Part shown: positions 41,507 through 52,798 of the stretch, piece after piece
Position numbering within the stretch: the stretch's first letter is position 1
Layout: each line of letters begins with the position of its first letter
Assembly (NCBI GenBank): GCA_019058445.1
Contig: JAHPZA010000009.1
Span: forward strand, 352,001 to 416,000
DNA: 64,000 bases
Reading direction: 5' to 3'
Origin: Promethearchaeota archaeon
GTDB lineage: Archaea > Asgardarchaeota > Lokiarchaeia > Sigyniarchaeales > SOKP01
The notes under the pieces: generated by a model
Database searches by the model: none
Told to the model about the DNA's origin: nothing
The model's input: the letters and a program-made list of their open reading frames with translations, nothing else
Made by a program: the position numbers and the translations under genes

Positions 41507-41704
41507 ATGAATGAAGAACTCCATTGTCCTCGATGTAAAAATAATAAGATAATAGATTATGGCGAAACGTTTGATTGTCTAATATGCAAACTTGAATTTG
41601 AAAAAAAGGACCTGGAACTATATGATGATGAGTCTGCTATTCTCTCTATAGAGGAAAAATTGGACATTGTAAAAGTGCTTAAAACAAATTCAGAAAAAAA
41701 ATAA
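41507..41704 (+). CDS. Small zinc-ribbon protein
   Basis: CPRC...CLIC. Confidence 0.65.
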   Translation: MNEELHCPRCKNNKIIDYGETFDCLICKLEFEKKDLELYDDESAILSIEEKLDIVKVLKTNSEKK

Positions 41705-41808
41705 GAACATACTAATTAAATATCTTGGTAAGTGTTTCTGTTTAATTTTTTCTTTAAATACTCTTGATTTATTTTACTCTTAATCAATTCAAATAAAATA
41801 AGAGTAAA

Positions 41809-42360
41809 ATGACAATAAATACCGTACCGAAGGTTTTATATCAAAATCGGATAGCTGAGATTTTAGATGAAGTAAGGGATAACTATGGCAAACTCACCAG
41901 GAATGGGTATATTTATGGCCTTATTGCTATTGATCAAGATGCAAAAATCATCGCCATTGATTCAAGATTCGACCGGAAATTAAATTATTGGGATTTAAGT
42001 TCTATTGGTGCTGCATTATACGGGGTTTCTCGACAAGGACAGGACTTTTTTGAAGCAGATTATCTAGATCGAGCGGCGATTATCTATAATAATTTACAAT
42101 TATTTGTACGATCAATAGGACATGTAAATATTCAAAAAAAAGGTCAAAGGGAAATTCTGATCGTACTTTTGGCAGACAGAGATGTAAATGTGGGAGTCAT
42201 TATATTACAGATGAGTCGATTTGGTCTAAAAATCAAGAACGAAATAGAAAAAAGTGGTACTATTAAGAACACATTGAAAATGAGTGAAAAAGAGCTGAAA
42301 GAACATATCAAAAAGCTTAAAAAGGAAATCTTTAGCGATAAAATTAGCACCACATCGTAG
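41809..42360 (+). CDS. Roadblock/MglB-like protein
   Basis: Roadblock-like pattern (LIAIDQDAKIIA, SSIGAALYG); lies directly upstream of an MglA-like GTPase. Confidence 0.6.
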   Translation: MTINTVPKVLYQNRIAEILDEVRDNYGKLTRNGYIYGLIAIDQDAKIIAIDSRFDRKLNYWDLSSIGAALYGVSRQGQDFFEADYLDRAAIIYNNLQLFVRSIGHVNIQKKGQREILIVLLADRDVNVGVIILQMSRFGLKIKNEIEKSGTIKNTLKMSEKELKEHIKKLKKEIFSDKISTTS

Positions 42361-42377
42361 ACAGCGGGGATTGTTGA

Positions 42378-43028
42378 ATGATTAACTCTAAACAGACCAA
42401 TAAAAGTAGAATTAACGTCAGTAACACTTTGAGCTTTAATGACTGTGATGGAATAATCCAGTTTAAAATTGTGTATTGGGGCCCCGGAGAATCTGGTAAA
42501 ACAACTAACTTTATGAGATTAAAAGAAAAATTTCACTTTATGAAATTATCTAGTAGTTTTTCAATCGAAACCACTGAAGGAAGAACATTATGGCAAGATT
42601 CAGTGTTTTTCTCGTTCAAATTCAATATCAATGAGAAAAAATATATTATTATCACGCAAATAGTAACATGTACCGGACAAGAGAGATTTCTTTCCACACG
42701 GGAATACGTTCTTGAGGGTGCAGATGGGATCATATATGTTGGAGATTCCAACCCCGACATGATTGAGCAGAATAAGCGTAGCTTTCGAGAGCTGATAAAT
42801 TTTACCAAAAATAAAGACATTCTATATGTCGTCCAATTAAATAAAAGAGATTTAGAAAATGCCATTTCTATGTTAGATTTTAAGAAGCAATTGGGTTTAC
42901 CAAGAGAGGATAAATATCCTGATGGTAGCTATGTAGTATATCCTGTAATCGCATTAGAAGGAATAAATGTGGTTAACTGCTTTCAAAATCTGATACTTCA
43001 AGTTGTTATTGAATATTTCAAATTGTAA
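42378..43028 (+). CDS. MglA-like small GTPase
   Basis: KIVYWGPGESGKTTN, GRTL, TGQ, GADG and QLNKRD motifs. Confidence 0.88.
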   Translation: MINSKQTNKSRINVSNTLSFNDCDGIIQFKIVYWGPGESGKTTNFMRLKEKFHFMKLSSSFSIETTEGRTLWQDSVFFSFKFNINEKKYIIITQIVTCTGQERFLSTREYVLEGADGIIYVGDSNPDMIEQNKRSFRELINFTKNKDILYVVQLNKRDLENAISMLDFKKQLGLPREDKYPDGSYVVYPVIALEGINVVNCFQNLILQVVIEYFKL

Positions 43029-43102
43029 ATGGTTTATAATTCTTAATTAGTGTAGTTTTAGTTCGATTGGATGTTGACTAGTATTATCCCTTTAAAAAAA
43101 AC

Positions 43103-46100
43103 CTAATTTTCATTTGGCAGTAGATCTGGATAAATTGGCTCAAATTTCTCATTAAATAACTTATGATTCATCCAAATTTTATCTCTATCATTCCACTTCA
43201 GGTTTTTCAAAGGATTATATGCATCTAAGTACTTTAAATTACCATAAACGTACTTCATTAAATTTTGTCCATCTATCATATCATTAAGAATTAAATACTT
43301 ATGAATTTTAAAAAATTGGAATAGTAGATCAAAAATTCTTTGAAAATCACTTAGTTCTGTCGAAGGCAAATAAACCTTAATTAATAGTCCATTTTCAAAT
43401 TTCACAATATCAGGATTGCCGTAAATAAAGAATTCCCCCTCAATTTCGTATATAAAGCAATAATTAAAGTAGGAAAAGATTTTTATAAGTGTTTCCATTG
43501 ATTTTTTTTTCAATGAAGGTAATATAATATAAATTTTATCTTGAAAATCTAAATTCTTTAACTTTATATAAGGTACAATTAAATTGGTTTTAATCAAGGT
43601 TGATATTTTATCTATAAGAGAATAGTTTCTTGTACCCATAACCGATTTCAAATCTAATAATTTCCAGGAATAAATTTCAGTTAAATCATTAAATAATTTT
43701 GAACCATAGCTATAATATTTAGAATCATTAAGTGTGTCGAAATCATATCCTTTTGGTTTGGGTATTTGCTTATTAAACTCTGTATCAAATAAAATTTTCT
43801 GTAAATAGACCTTAAATTTACGTGATTCTAATTCCCACCCATATGGGCCTATATTTTGGTTAAAATGAATAATTGGATAGAATTTTTTAATGAAAAAAAT
43901 GCAATATTCACTGATTATTTTTTTAGATTTTGCAAGCCAATTAATATAGGTCATGTTGGGCTTACGATATGGAAATAGATATTTAATAAAAAAGGATGGA
44001 GTGTTGTCTATATAAGCAGGATATTTAATATTCTGAAAACTATTAATAAATAGGAGCTTAAAATCTATTTCATTCATATTAATAGGGCGAATGTGTAGAT
44101 AATATTGTCCGAATCCAAAATTTTGAAATACTGGTTTGAACTTAATTGATTTTATGCATTTTTTAAAAAAATCATTATTTTTAATCTCTTTGAACTTTTC
44201 AACATCTATAAGAACATTCTGAAGATTTTGATGGAACTTTGATAAATTTTGTAATTTGTTAACATTAAAATCTAATTTTTCTCTGGAAACCCTGTCTTCA
44301 ACTTGTTCAACTAATTTTTTAAAATCCTTCTCAGATGACCAAAATATTTCTGGATTTTTTATTTTAGATACTTCAAAAACCTTTAATTTACTACCAAATT
44401 TTTTCTGAATATATCTAAAATACTGATCAAAGAGATCTTTTGTATAAAAAAATTCTTTTCGATCAAGATCATAAAAATCTTTCAGTGTAGCAGATTTAAA
44501 AAAACCATCATAAAAATATCTTTTTAAACTAATGAGATTTTCATTGAATAAATTAAAAAAAATCGATAAGATGAATTCTTTTTCTTTTATATTTGGAAGA
44601 TAAATTTGAACAAGTCTTAATTCTGCTTTGTTATTTATTTCAATACCAGCGTCATTAATAACTCGAGGAAAATATTTTTTTATTTTATTAAGAATATTTC
44701 TTGTTCGAAGATTATCTTCTAAAATTAGCTCTATAAAATATTTAGCAAAACTGGTTGTATTAATAGTATTTATTAATAATGGTTTTAAAACAGGTAATTC
44801 ATATGTTAAAAAAGAATCTAATACGTCTTCTATATCTTTACTTGTAATGTTGCTAAGTTTGTAATTTTGAAATATATTCATTATTTTTTCTTCTTTTGTT
44901 CTATAAATTTTTGTTACAATATCTTTATCTTCTATAATTTTCGATATTGCTTTTAAATCAAAAATTTTTAACTTTGAACATAATTTAAAGAAGTTGAAAT
45001 AAGTTTGGTATTTTTTAATTTCTTTATTAAATTCTATCTTATTTGTAAAATATATAGGAATTAAATCGCGATTTAGTAATTTTTGGATCTTATGGTTTTT
45101 AAGGATAATATTATCGTCAATATTTGGAGAGATGCTTTTATTTTTAATAATTTCTTGAAATTGGAATGTATTTTTAACTTCGGAGTTTTTATTTAAAAAA
45201 GTTTTTATTAATCTCACGCCGGTTAAAAGATTCTTTAATATTTCTAGAATATAGAAGAAGCCAAAACTTTTATTTAAATCTAGAAAGTTTAGAAATTTCT
45301 TTTTAACTTCAAGATTTTCTTGAAATGATTCGATATTATTTCTTAATCTACTTATTAATCTACGTTGACTTAATATTTCATTAAATAAATCAGATTTTAT
45401 CGTTCTAGTTGTCTCAGTTTGTCTTTCGAAGCTAAATCCATCCATTGACCATTGATATGCTCTATTAATAACCACGTAATCTAAAATTGAGAGTTTGAAA
45501 AAATTTTCTTTTCGGTCAAATTTTAATTTAAAATCTATTTCATTATTTTTGTTGTATTGAATATGGTCTGGATTTACCAGTCTTCCTCTTCTATAAAATT
45601 CTCTAAAATAATTGAGATTTAAAAAATTACCTGTATCATTAGTTAAAAAACAAGATTTTTCGATAAGATATCCAAAATTCACTAGTCTATTTAAAAAATC
45701 ACCTAAATCCTTTTGATAACTTAAAGGTATTACGAACCATCCTGAGACCTCGATTGCAAAATTATTTTCACTCGACTTTGAGTATACAAAAAAGGGAAGA
45801 TTTTCTATAATTTGATTAATTTTAGATTTCTCTAAAGTTGGATTAAAAGTTAATTTGCAAAAATTCACGCCAGCATTAATTAGTTTATAATTAATTCTAT
45901 ATGATGGACCAATATAACTGAATCTATTAATCCAACGTGTGTTATTACTAAATTTTCTCAAACTAAGATCTGTTTGTAATTCTCCATTCTCTATAAATCT
46001 TTTAAAGTGATTTTGATAATCTAATAATGCCTTATAACTTTGTACTTTATAGAAAATTCTGATTAAAACTCTAATAGTCTCAATTATTTCGTCACTATAT

Positions 46101-46774
46101 ATTGATTTAGAAGATTTTAAAATAAATTCTTTTAAAAATTTGTCATGAAATTCTTCAGATTCATCATCAATTAAATAAATATTTTTCCTAATGTATGTAA
46201 AAAATAATTTTATAGGACTTTCGGTTGTTTCATCACCTTTCATTTTAAGGAATTTTTCAAGTTTGTCAAATTCAGCTGCTAAAAAATCATAGTCTAAAAT
46301 ATGACTCCGCATTAAGTGTTTCCATTCTTTAATAATTTCAAATTTATCTAAGTTTATTTCTACAATCTGATTGATAATAATCTTTATACCTTCGTTATCT
46401 TTGAGTGTGTCTGGGACAAAACAGTAATAAGCTTCTCTTAATAGAATGATGGGTAAATAATTTTGATATTCCTTGAAGATTTTAATAGTGAGGAGGTTAT
46501 TATAAAGATTTTTTTTCACACCAATATCAAGTATGTTTTGTTTTTCAAAGTCAATATCTTCTTTATCTACTTCGTATGTAATTTTAAAATTTGAATTAAT
46601 AATATCTAAATTGAGATAAACACTAATTTCATTAAGTAAATTAAGAAAAATTTGATTTAGATCTTTTAAATTATTTAGTTCTTCTAATTTTTGCAGATCT
46701 TTAAAATTTAAGTTACTCATAAATCTATTATCAAAAATTATAGGTATTTTAGTTTTTCTATTTAATGTTACCAC
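43103..46774 (-). CDS. Large hypothetical protein (1223 aa)
   Basis: Long intact ORF with no clear catalytic motif. Confidence 0.75.
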   Translation of the reverse strand: MVTLNRKTKIPIIFDNRFMSNLNFKDLQKLEELNNLKDLNQIFLNLLNEISVYLNLDIINSNFKITYEVDKEDIDFEKQNILDIGVKKNLYNNLLTIKIFKEYQNYLPIILLREAYYCFVPDTLKDNEGIKIIINQIVEINLDKFEIIKEWKHLMRSHILDYDFLAAEFDKLEKFLKMKGDETTESPIKLFFTYIRKNIYLIDDESEEFHDKFLKEFILKSSKSIYSDEIIETIRVLIRIFYKVQSYKALLDYQNHFKRFIENGELQTDLSLRKFSNNTRWINRFSYIGPSYRINYKLINAGVNFCKLTFNPTLEKSKINQIIENLPFFVYSKSSENNFAIEVSGWFVIPLSYQKDLGDFLNRLVNFGYLIEKSCFLTNDTGNFLNLNYFREFYRRGRLVNPDHIQYNKNNEIDFKLKFDRKENFFKLSILDYVVINRAYQWSMDGFSFERQTETTRTIKSDLFNEILSQRRLISRLRNNIESFQENLEVKKKFLNFLDLNKSFGFFYILEILKNLLTGVRLIKTFLNKNSEVKNTFQFQEIIKNKSISPNIDDNIILKNHKIQKLLNRDLIPIYFTNKIEFNKEIKKYQTYFNFFKLCSKLKIFDLKAISKIIEDKDIVTKIYRTKEEKIMNIFQNYKLSNITSKDIEDVLDSFLTYELPVLKPLLINTINTTSFAKYFIELILEDNLRTRNILNKIKKYFPRVINDAGIEINNKAELRLVQIYLPNIKEKEFILSIFFNLFNENLISLKRYFYDGFFKSATLKDFYDLDRKEFFYTKDLFDQYFRYIQKKFGSKLKVFEVSKIKNPEIFWSSEKDFKKLVEQVEDRVSREKLDFNVNKLQNLSKFHQNLQNVLIDVEKFKEIKNNDFFKKCIKSIKFKPVFQNFGFGQYYLHIRPINMNEIDFKLLFINSFQNIKYPAYIDNTPSFFIKYLFPYRKPNMTYINWLAKSKKIISEYCIFFIKKFYPIIHFNQNIGPYGWELESRKFKVYLQKILFDTEFNKQIPKPKGYDFDTLNDSKYYSYGSKLFNDLTEIYSWKLLDLKSVMGTRNYSLIDKISTLIKTNLIVPYIKLKNLDFQDKIYIILPSLKKKSMETLIKIFSYFNYCFIYEIEGEFFIYGNPDIVKFENGLLIKVYLPSTELSDFQRIFDLLFQFFKIHKYLILNDMIDGQNLMKYVYGNLKYLDAYNPLKNLKWNDRDKIWMNHKLFNEKFEPIYPDLLPNEN

Positions 46775-46904
46775 GTTTTCTCGAATAAATCTTGAAATAG
46801 ATAAACATTAACAAGTATCTCCTCTTTATGATTATTTTGTTTTACCTTATTTAAATTAGTTATTATATAATCTAATAAATAACAAGGAGAGTATTCTTTT
46901 TAAT

Positions 46905-48500
46905 TTAGTTATTTGTATTCCTTAACATTAACTTCTTATACAAATTAAAATTAACAAAGTTTTGCTTTTTTAAGGATAATAATCTAAAAACTGAATAGAA
47001 TGGATTACGTAATGCATTTTGAACTTTTATTATCTCCTTTATAAATTTAAAATTTAAAGTTAGTGAATCCATAAAATTGAAATCCTTACTTGGATCAACA
47101 ATCATAGAATAATATGGTTGTTTTTCGTTAAAAATCTTCCACCAATTTTTGTAATAAATTTTTGCGCCGTATTTATTTTGGGCCTGACTATACACTTCTG
47201 ATCCCGAGAAAGCGAGGTATTTATTAAATCTTATGTTAATCTTATATTTTTCAGCTAAAGATTTTCCATCACCTCTTTTTTGAAAGAAAAAATCCCAATT
47301 TTCTTGGATTGTACTTCTATCCTCACCAGGTAACCCCATTAAAATGTAATAACTTATCGGTAAATCTAATTTATTTGCTTCTCTAATGATTTCCTCAAAT
47401 TTCATTAGATATCTATTAATACCTCTTTTGATTTGCTCTTCATTTTTGCCACATATTTTTCCCATTCTATATAGTAAGGTTTTTGAGCAAGATTCTAACC
47501 CTATCCTGAGAAATATGTTAAATTTTTTATAAATTTCTAAATCTTCTATATTGCATGTATCTACTCTCGTTTCTATACGTAATTGAAATGGCAATCCACC
47601 TTCTTCTTGGTATATTCTCTCTAATTCCTTAAAAAACTGTTCTCTTAACGATTTTTTAGGTAAAAAAATCATATCCGAGATTTCAACTTGTTTAACTGAT
47701 AACCACTTTGTATTTTTAATCACATTTAATTCCTCGATACATTTTTTCACTGGTTTTACTCTTAGCGTTTTATAACCATCTAAGAAGCTTTCTGAATTAG
47801 GACAAAAATTACATCTGAAGATACAACCTCTAGTAAATTCTAAAAAAATTCTATTATTTTTTTTTATAATGTTTTTATATTTTTCATATAAACTCAAATC
47901 AATAATTGGTATATCATCAAGGTTTGATACTAATTCTGGTTCCAAAATAATACAATTTTTAGATAAAGAATTTCTTCTATTGATTTTGTTGTTTAATAAA
48001 TCCTTCACTAATTTAAAAAAAGGAAGCTCTCCTTCATCCTTAATTAGATAATCAAAAGGAGAAGTATTTTGAGGATACTCTTCACTTATAAAGTTTGGGA
48101 AGCTAGCCGGTTGGAAATCTTCCGGATTTATAGTAGCATGTGGACCGCCTACTACTATAATACATTTTGGATTAATGAATTTCTTTATCAAATTAGCAGT
48201 TTCAATTGTATTTATATAACTATATCCCCCATAACAAGAGATTGCGACTAAATTAAATTTAAATTTTTTATAGTTTTCTTTTAATAATTTTCTAAGTTTA
48301 TTCCTATAAATTTGAAGATTTTTTGGAATAAATTCAGGTAAGTTTTCATATCTTAAATCTAGGTATTTCTCATCGACTAATCCATTTAGCTCTTTTTCTT
48401 TAGAGTTTAAGAAATTAGAAATTCGTATAAAACTATTCAATAAAAAAGGCGTACCATATGACTCAAATGGATAAATATACAAGATTTTGATATTGTTCAT
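46905..48500 (-). CDS. B12-binding radical SAM protein
   Basis: VVGGPHAT, EGE, TRGCIFRCNFC, GLES and GLPGE motifs. Confidence 0.9.
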   Translation of the reverse strand: MNNIKILYIYPFESYGTPFLLNSFIRISNFLNSKEKELNGLVDEKYLDLRYENLPEFIPKNLQIYRNKLRKLLKENYKKFKFNLVAISCYGGYSYINTIETANLIKKFINPKCIIVVGGPHATINPEDFQPASFPNFISEEYPQNTSPFDYLIKDEGELPFFKLVKDLLNNKINRRNSLSKNCIILEPELVSNLDDIPIIDLSLYEKYKNIIKKNNRIFLEFTRGCIFRCNFCPNSESFLDGYKTLRVKPVKKCIEELNVIKNTKWLSVKQVEISDMIFLPKKSLREQFFKELERIYQEEGGLPFQLRIETRVDTCNIEDLEIYKKFNIFLRIGLESCSKTLLYRMGKICGKNEEQIKRGINRYLMKFEEIIREANKLDLPISYYILMGLPGEDRSTIQENWDFFFQKRGDGKSLAEKYKINIRFNKYLAFSGSEVYSQAQNKYGAKIYYKNWWKIFNEKQPYYSMIVDPSKDFNFMDSLTLNFKFIKEIIKVQNALRNPFYSVFRLLSLKKQNFVNFNLYKKLMLRNTNN

Positions 48501-48651
48501 TGTTTAGTTCATTTAATTTTGTCTTAATATTTAATTTTAAAAAAATAATTAAAACTCTATTAATTTTTTTCTTTAAAAAATAAGAATATATTTAATTTTA
48601 AGAAATAACAAATTATTTAAACGAAATTTTAAAAATTTTTATTTTAGAAGT

Positions 48652-49827
48652 ATGAATTATAATAAAAGAAATGTTTTAGTTTATTTCTATACTTATTTTG
48701 TTGCACAGTTAATTTTTGTTTATGTAAATGTATATTTGCCAATTTATTTCTTCAATGTCTTGGATGTTGACAGAAGCTTACTTGCTTTTATCCAAATTTT
48801 CGCTTATTCAGCATTATTAATAAAACCCGTAATAGCAATTTTCTTTGATAAAGCAAATTCTCCAATAAAAATCCTAATCTTTTTAAGTTCTATAGGTATT
48901 TCAATAAGCTTCATATGCTTTATCTTTTATTTGAATTATATTATAGTTTTTGGTGTCTTTCTTTCAATTAATTTTGCTTGTGTTTCGATTATGGATGTAG
49001 CAATTGATAAAATAATCGTTGATATCTCTCCAGATGAAAAAGCAAAGGATCGTAATGCATTATTTACTAGATTAGGTGCCTTCATGGGAGCGCTTTTTCC
49101 TAACATTATTTCAATTATAATTTTTACAAATATTTATTCAATTTCAATTTGGAACCAATTTTTTTTAATTGGTGTTTTAGCAACAATCCCTTTAATCTTT
49201 ATGAGCTTATTATTAAATGAAAAGCTAAATAGTATAAAAAATAGTGAAAACTTAAACGAAGAGATAAGTATAAGTCAAGCCAAGAAAAAAAATATTCTTT
49301 TATTAAGCATTTTTTCATTTCTCAAATATTCAGAGAGATTATATGAATATCCGCTTGAGCCTTGGATTTTAAATAAATATGGAGAACAATATTTCTCCCT
49401 ATTCGTGTTGCTTTTTATAGTTTTAATAATAATTAATACAATTGGATTAATTATCGCAGGACTAGTTTCAAATAGGTTTGATAGAATAAAAATTTTAATG
49501 ATTTCATCTATTTTATATGGAACCCTAATGATTATTGCCCCTTTTACTGATCTAATTACTTTTTTTATAATATTAGGATTTATGCAATTATTTGATGGAT
49601 TTATATTAATAAATTTAATCGCACTGATGATTGATATCTCAAAAAAAAAAGTTTTATACTACCAAATAATTGCAACCTTTATGATAATTGCTGCAGTAAT
49701 ACTAGTTCCATTAGGTACTTATTTATCGTCATTTATAGCAACTGAGCTACTTATTGTGATAGCAGGTGTTTTGACTATTATTTCAATCATTCCACTCATT
49801 TTTTTAAAAAATTATAAGAATAAATAA
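48652..49827 (+). CDS. MFS transporter
   Basis: About 12 TM helices; DVAID and GLVSNRFDR motifs. Confidence 0.8.
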   Translation: MNYNKRNVLVYFYTYFVAQLIFVYVNVYLPIYFFNVLDVDRSLLAFIQIFAYSALLIKPVIAIFFDKANSPIKILIFLSSIGISISFICFIFYLNYIIVFGVFLSINFACVSIMDVAIDKIIVDISPDEKAKDRNALFTRLGAFMGALFPNIISIIIFTNIYSISIWNQFFLIGVLATIPLIFMSLLLNEKLNSIKNSENLNEEISISQAKKKNILLLSIFSFLKYSERLYEYPLEPWILNKYGEQYFSLFVLLFIVLIIINTIGLIIAGLVSNRFDRIKILMISSILYGTLMIIAPFTDLITFFIILGFMQLFDGFILINLIALMIDISKKKVLYYQIIATFMIIAAVILVPLGTYLSSFIATELLIVIAGVLTIISIIPLIFLKNYKNK

Positions 49828-49858
49828 CTTTTTGTTATCTATTATTTTTATATTTAAT

Positions 49859-50704
49859 TTAATTGGATTCATAGCAATATCCTATAAAAATTATTATTAT
49901 TATTACTAAATCAAAGAGTTCAGCAAAAATTAAAAAAATGGCTGAATAACCAATTGTTTGTCTCCTTAGTGGCAAAGTCATAATAGAGATAATATATAAG
50001 ATTAAATCTATAAAAAACGCTAATGATATTAATAATGGTCTACCCTGAAAAGAGTGCTTTTTTCCATAAGAATAATAAAAAGTGAAAGAAATCCATATTA
50101 ATGAGGATATATGAAAGCTTATTAATATCAAGCCTAAAATTATTGAATTCGGTGTTAAAATAATTATAGTTGATTCTGAAATGGATAATACTATTATCAC
50201 TATAGAATTCAATTTGTTTCTATAATGAGTATCAATTAGATTTTTATGATTTTTGTTAATTGATGATAATACAATATCTATACCTATAAAAATTAACGGT
50301 GCTGCGGTTAAAACAATAAGTATATATCGAATTTTTAATAAATTTAAAATAGCAGATTCCCCAGCAGTATAAAAAGTGAGTATATAGAGTAAGTTAATAA
50401 GCTTTCCATACACTAATCCTAAAAAAAAAAGGCCAAATAAAAAATTAGCATCTGTAAAATGCATTTCTTTTTGTTTACACCATTGCCAAAAGGCGTAAAT
50501 CATCATTCCGATTGTAATAGATATCCTGAATAAAATAAAGATAGTAATACTCCACATACCCTCATATCGATTAAGTGAGTTTTTGATTGCTGTAAAATGA
50601 GATATGTATAAATAGAATATGCCTACAAAACCACCTATGATAATTGTGAACAGAAATGATTTAATTTTATTTTTTTTTTGCAAATTATTCTTACTCTTAT
50701 TCAA
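49859..50704 (-). CDS. Multi-pass membrane protein
   Basis: 7-8 hydrophobic segments. Confidence 0.65.
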   Translation of the reverse strand: MNKSKNNLQKKNKIKSFLFTIIIGGFVGIFYLYISHFTAIKNSLNRYEGMWSITIFILFRISITIGMMIYAFWQWCKQKEMHFTDANFLFGLFFLGLVYGKLINLLYILTFYTAGESAILNLLKIRYILIVLTAAPLIFIGIDIVLSSINKNHKNLIDTHYRNKLNSIVIIVLSISESTIIILTPNSIILGLILISFHISSLIWISFTFYYSYGKKHSFQGRPLLISLAFFIDLILYIISIMTLPLRRQTIGYSAIFLIFAELFDLVIIIIIFIGYCYESN

Positions 50705-50866
50705 TTGAGAAAATTATATCTATAATAACTATAATGATAATACAAGCGAATCTTCCTTAAATTAAAACATTTTATTTTTTTAAATAATCGATTTAAAGAA
50801 CACTAAAATAAAAGTAAAGTTTCAGTTATTTTAAAATTCACATAAAAAGAAATAAAGTTTATGTTT

Positions 50867-51600
50867 TCAAATTGGAATTTTATTCTTTTCTATAATCCAT
50901 TTGTTTGTTAAGAAAGTTTGATTAATCCCTATATCTGGCGTATATTGAGAATGAATTGTCGATTTTGGAAACCAAACTTCCTGACCAGATGGAAAAACAA
51001 TAAGTAGTGCTTTTTCAGTTTCAGCTTTAATAGATCCATTAATTTCGATCTTTGCATCATCTAACTCATTTGATTTTATAATAGTGGTCTCTAAGATTGT
51101 ATTTTCATCTATATTAATTTTTTTTGATCTAATCTCATTTGAAGATTGGATTTGCTCAAGATCAGCATCTTTCTTTTAAGATATGTTTGAAGTAGTAGCA
51201 AATTCAATCTTTTCTTTAAGTAAATGCTTTAATAATAATTTAAATATCTCTATTTGAGCTATTCCGAGCATTTTTGGTAATTTCCGATATTTATCCATAG
51301 TTTTTCTTCTTGATTATTTTCCCAACTGAAAGAAATTGACGTATTATTGTCTTTATATTTATGATAGCTAGACCAAGAATCGATTTTACGTTTTAAAACT
51401 TGCAAAATCATTACCATTTCGTCCAAAGAACATCGAATAGTTTTTCCTTCACCCTGAGTTGGTTTTTCCCAAGCATTATTTGGTTTTTTCTTAATGCATC
51501 TTAAAAACACATAAGGCTCATGTTTGGAAGAACTCTGGAGTATTAAACCAGTTGATTGTCCAAAAAAACTTTGGCTATGGGTATCTGTCATTTTTATCAT
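50867..51600 (-). pseudogene. Disrupted hypothetical gene (frameshift plus TAA)
   Basis: After NIGNY a frame change near 51277 continues as KMLGIAQIEIF...EFATTSNIS*KKD...KAETEKALLIVFPSGQEVWFPKSTIHS...KNKIPI*. Confidence 0.65.
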
Positions 51601-51825
51601 ATAACCTAATATTTTGCAGTTTTTAAGATAAAACAGGTAATTAGTTTTTTATAATTTCAAATTATTTAAAGAAAAAGTATGGAAACAATTGATCTAAATT
51701 ACATAGAGTTAACTTTATATTATCAAACAAACTAAGATTTAAATTCTTCATAAATTAGCTTAGAGTCATTTATTATAAATGATAAAAGCCTTTTAGCGTT
51801 TAATAGACGATGTATGTGATATATT

Positions 51826-52659
51826 ATTAGTGAATTATACCCTCAATTAAACACAAAATCAGAATCCTTATATCATAAGGCAATCAAACAACTCATTTAC
51901 AAATACATTCTAAATTCAAATAAAAGTATTATTGAAAGCTCAACTGAGAAATATTTTAAAACCCGAAGAGCAGATCTTTTTTTTGAACTCCGCGATGGTA
52001 AAAAAGTTGTTATAGAGGTACAGCATTCAAAAATTACAACCAAAGAAATAATTGAAAGGACTCAAGAATATAATCAAAAAGGAATGTTTGTCTTGTGGAT
52101 CTTACATGGGAAAGGAAATTGCATCTCATGTCCCAAATTTCCTGAAAATATAAAATATGTTAAAATAAGTCCCGCTGAGAATACCCTTCATAAGATATAT
52201 GGAGGGAGAGTGTATTATGTGAATGTGAATGAATATTTCCATAAAATAACGATAACTTTTCCTTTCGCTATACATTACTCCCTTTCGGATAAAAAGCCAA
52301 GAAAATTGTTACGAAAGAATTTTAAATATTATTATTATAGAAATGCAAATTTCACAATGATTAATAACTGGAAATTACTCTGTGTTGAATATAATGGATT
52401 TAAAATAGCTAGGTTTTATGATAAAAATATTAAAACCTCCCTGAAAAATCAAATCTTTAATTTTATTCAAGAGTTCACAAAAAATTATCCCCAAAATTAT
52501 GAGAAGAGATCTAAAACTAAGAAATTAGTAAAAAATATCATCAAAAAATTCAATGTAGAATATGGAAAAACCATTATTATTGATTCGCTTTACCTTTTGA
52601 TCGATCAAATTCAAATTAATCAGAAATATATCAATCAAATCAGAAATAAGTATCGATAA
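51826..52659 (+). CDS. CoiA-like PD-(D/E)XK nuclease; probable ATT start
   Basis: The frame is open from 51820. The nuclease core ESLYHKAIK...RRADLF...VIEVQHS...ERTQEY...VLWI lies mostly upstream of the track ATG at 52084. Confidence 0.7.
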   Translation: MSELYPQLNTKSESLYHKAIKQLIYKYILNSNKSIIESSTEKYFKTRRADLFFELRDGKKVVIEVQHSKITTKEIIERTQEYNQKGMFVLWILHGKGNCISCPKFPENIKYVKISPAENTLHKIYGGRVYYVNVNEYFHKITITFPFAIHYSLSDKKPRKLLRKNFKYYYYRNANFTMINNWKLLCVEYNGFKIARFYDKNIKTSLKNQIFNFIQEFTKNYPQNYEKRSKTKKLVKNIIKKFNVEYGKTIIIDSLYLLIDQIQINQKYINQIRNKYR

Positions 52660-52798
52660 AGCTCATTTTTACATCTTCCCACGAGAAATTTGAGCAATAC
52701 TAAATTTTAAAAAATAGGTTAATTTAAAAAAAAGTATATTAAAGATTATTATTATTAGAAACTAAATTATAAAACAAATTTATATAAGGTGAAAAACC

